A DNA stretch of 18,193 nt from Calditrichaceae bacterium (GTDB lineage Bacteria > Calditrichota > Calditrichia > Calditrichales > JBFXGD01), in NCBI GenBank assembly GCA_050173015.1, contig JBFXLE010000043.1, forward strand, positions 1 to 18,193, given 5' to 3'. A program made the position numbers and the translations under genes. Below are positions 16,629 through 18,193 of this stretch, piece after piece (the stretch's first letter is position 1; each line of letters starts with the position of its first letter). The notes under the pieces are model-generated. The model had not been told where the DNA came from, did not search any database, and saw only the letters and a program-made list of their open reading frames with translations.

Positions 16629-16771
16629 GATCTTAAAAAATGTCAAGTCTTGTATATAAATTCTAGGGAGGAAAAGAGATAAATTAAAAGAATTTTAAAA
16701 ATTTATTATAATTGTTACCGAATATCGGAGACATGTTAAAAATTTGAACTGTTTTTGAGCCTGGAGAAAAC

Positions 16772-16808
16772 AAAAAAAGGCTTACGGAATTTTCCCGTAA
16801 GCCTTTTT
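16772..16808 (-). terminator. Intrinsic terminator after tRNA-Thr (bidirectional shape)
   Basis: A7-GGCTTACGG-loop-CCGTAAGCC-T5: a 9-bp stem with A/T tracts on both sides. Confidence 0.85.
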
Positions 16809-16816
16809 CTTACCCG

Positions 16817-16889
<73 letters not shown>

Positions 16890-16926
16890 GGTTATTTTAA
16901 AATATTATGTTGTTGAAAAGGCGTCT

Positions 16927-16955
16927 AATTTAATGGAAATTGCGCTTCAACGCAA
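16927..16955 (-). promoter_or_regulatory. Putative sigma70 promoter for tRNA-Thr
   Basis: Minus strand TTGCGT-N17-TAAATT, followed by a GC-containing discriminator (AGACGCC). Confidence 0.5.
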
Positions 16956-16970
16956 TAATCCTTCCATTTT

Positions 16971-17315
16971 TTATCGGAACGGACCTTCTATGGTGATTTT
17001 GTTTCCCGTGCAAAGATCACACTGACATATTTTTCTGAGATAATCGTAAGTGTAAATTCCTGTTTTGTGATTGTCGGAAAACTTGAAACTGATGGCGTAG
17101 CGGCCGATCATTTCCCACTCACTCAGCACGACATTTCCCGGATTAGTCTTCATAACATACAGGGGATTATCTGTCTTTTTTGCCCGCTCCTCTTCACAAA
17201 CCGCGCAAGGACAATTTTTGCGCAAATCTTTCGCGAAATATACACTTTCGTGACCGTCACTCCATTCGATGGTCAACGCCTCATCACTGATCTGATCGAT
17301 CGAAACCGGATGCAT
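16971..17315 (-). CDS. DUF971 / gamma-butyrobetaine hydroxylase-like N-terminal domain protein
   Basis: 114 aa with the motifs IEWSDGH.S.Y, LR.NCPCA.C and IGRYAI.F.FSDNH.TGIY.YDYLR. AGGAG RBS upstream. Confidence 0.85.
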   Translation of the reverse strand: MHPVSIDQISDEALTIEWSDGHESVYFAKDLRKNCPCAVCEEERAKKTDNPLYVMKTNPGNVVLSEWEMIGRYAISFKFSDNHKTGIYTYDYLRKICQCDLCTGNKITIEGPFR

Positions 17316-17376
17316 CCTGAACTCTCCTTATTTTTCGCTAAATTACATTATTATTTTGAATCAATCAAATGGATTA

Positions 17377-17518
17377 TAAGAAGTGGGAAGTAAGAAGTAG
17401 GAATTAAGAAGTAAGAAGTAAGAAGTAGGAAGTAAGAAGTAGGAATTGGGAATTTGAAGAAAAAAGATAAAAGAAAAAAGAAAAGATGGAAAAGTTAAGA
17501 GTTAAAAGTAGGGGCGTT
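17377..17518. repeat. Heptamer-repeat element (TAAGAAG/TAGGAAG family), copy 2
   Basis: 11 tandem heptamers at 17377-17453, then purine-rich AAAAGAT/AAAAGAA units ending in GTAGGGGCGTT. It is inverted relative to the copy at 11690-11878. Confidence 0.8.
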
Positions 17519-17713
17519 TCAAGTCGGGCATGCGATGTCATAGTCAACCGCGGTGAAACCGGTTAATCTACCCGTATGTCATGCCGCCGGCATCTTTGGC
17601 TACCTTGGAAAGATGTAGAAAAAAAGATTCTTCGGGGCGAATTTTCTGTTCGAGTGTAATAATATGAAAAATGGATAAATGATACACGAGTTAAAATTCG
17701 CCAGGGCTTTTTG

Positions 17714-17739
17714 CTACTTTTTGGCCATTCAAAAAGTAG
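17714..17739. repeat. Perfect 10-bp hairpin ending in GTAG
   Basis: CTACTTTTTG-GCCATT-CAAAAAGTAG. Confidence 0.5.
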
Positions 17740-17751
17740 GGAGAAGAAGAA

Positions 17752-17860
17752 AAGTGGGAAGTAAGAAGTAGGAAGTTAAGATAAAAGAAAAAAGATAAAA
17801 GAAAAAAGAGAAGATAGAAAAGTTAAGCGTTAAGAGAAAAGAGTTAAGATTAGGGGCGTT
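17752..17860. repeat. Heptamer-repeat element, copy 3
   Basis: TGGGAAG TAAGAAG TAGGAAG followed by AAAAGAT/AAAAGAA units and AGCGTTAAGAGAAAAGAGTT (near-identical to the reverse complement of about 11693-11712), ending in TAGGGGCGTT. Confidence 0.7.
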
Positions 17861-18193
17861 CCTGTTCGGGCGCCAGGGTAGCGTCAACCGGACCGACACG
17901 ATGACCTGCGGACTGACATGTGGGAGTCAGGAAAATTTTTCCAAATCAGTCCCATAGCCCCCGGATGTCATGCAGGAGGCATCTTATTCCTATTCGGGAT
18001 AAGTGTCTTCTCAAATACAAATGATTACAGGTGATTCTTCCTGGGTAAACACTGACCCTCCCCTCGATCCCCTCCCTTATGCCAGGCTGTTGCAGATTAT
18101 TGTTGAGGGGATAGTTCATATTACGTAAATTTATTGCCATAAACTGAGTCATACTTTTAAGGATTTTTATGGGATTTATATCAAGCGACCGTT

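Noticed and set aside
16461-16646. 61-aa ORF with repeated MKDRSHN units as a multi-core RiPP precursor upstream of the radical SAM gene
   Set aside because: The repeats are the translation of the 21-bp DNA palindromes, which also occur at 10142-10204 and in both orientations. The ORF has a TTG start with no RBS and runs across the sigma54 promoter.
17946-18152. 68-aa minus-strand ORF
   Set aside because: No clear RBS or recognisable motif. The region contains inverted repeats (about 17975-18010; ATCCCCTC 18067-18074 / GAGGGGAT 18105-18112) that are more consistent with non-coding sequence. It cannot be fully excluded.

Overview
Bacterial chromosomal window; every gene I can support is on the minus strand. 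From right to left in transcription order: a DUF971-like gene, tRNA-Thr(CGT), a cobalamin-dependent radical SAM enzyme, an unannotated 39-aa peptide ORF that the ORF track misses (MLKKMRKNVKKFAPVKFLLSSFFVANMGIILRACGESIN), an orphan OppA/DppA-type binding lipoprotein, a membrane HAMP histidine kinase, a sigma54 NtrC-type activator, a single-domain response regulator, two cytoplasmic multi-PAS hybrid kinases and an AbgT transporter. The same triple 21-bp palindromic array lies upstream of two sigma54-like promoters, one before the radical SAM/peptide unit and one before the response regulator/hybrid kinase unit. The peptide gene and the 5' three-quarters of the binding-protein gene form a sharply AT-rich block. 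Together this suggests (inference) a self-inducing signalling circuit built on a radical-SAM-modified peptide, with a swappable signal/receptor cassette. The left 3.5 kb holds mobile-element debris: a tyrosine-integrase C-terminal fragment, attC-like sites around abgT, an hsdS-like tail, a REP-like element and a 62-bp tandem array. All family calls come from motif recognition by eye; no database searches were run.
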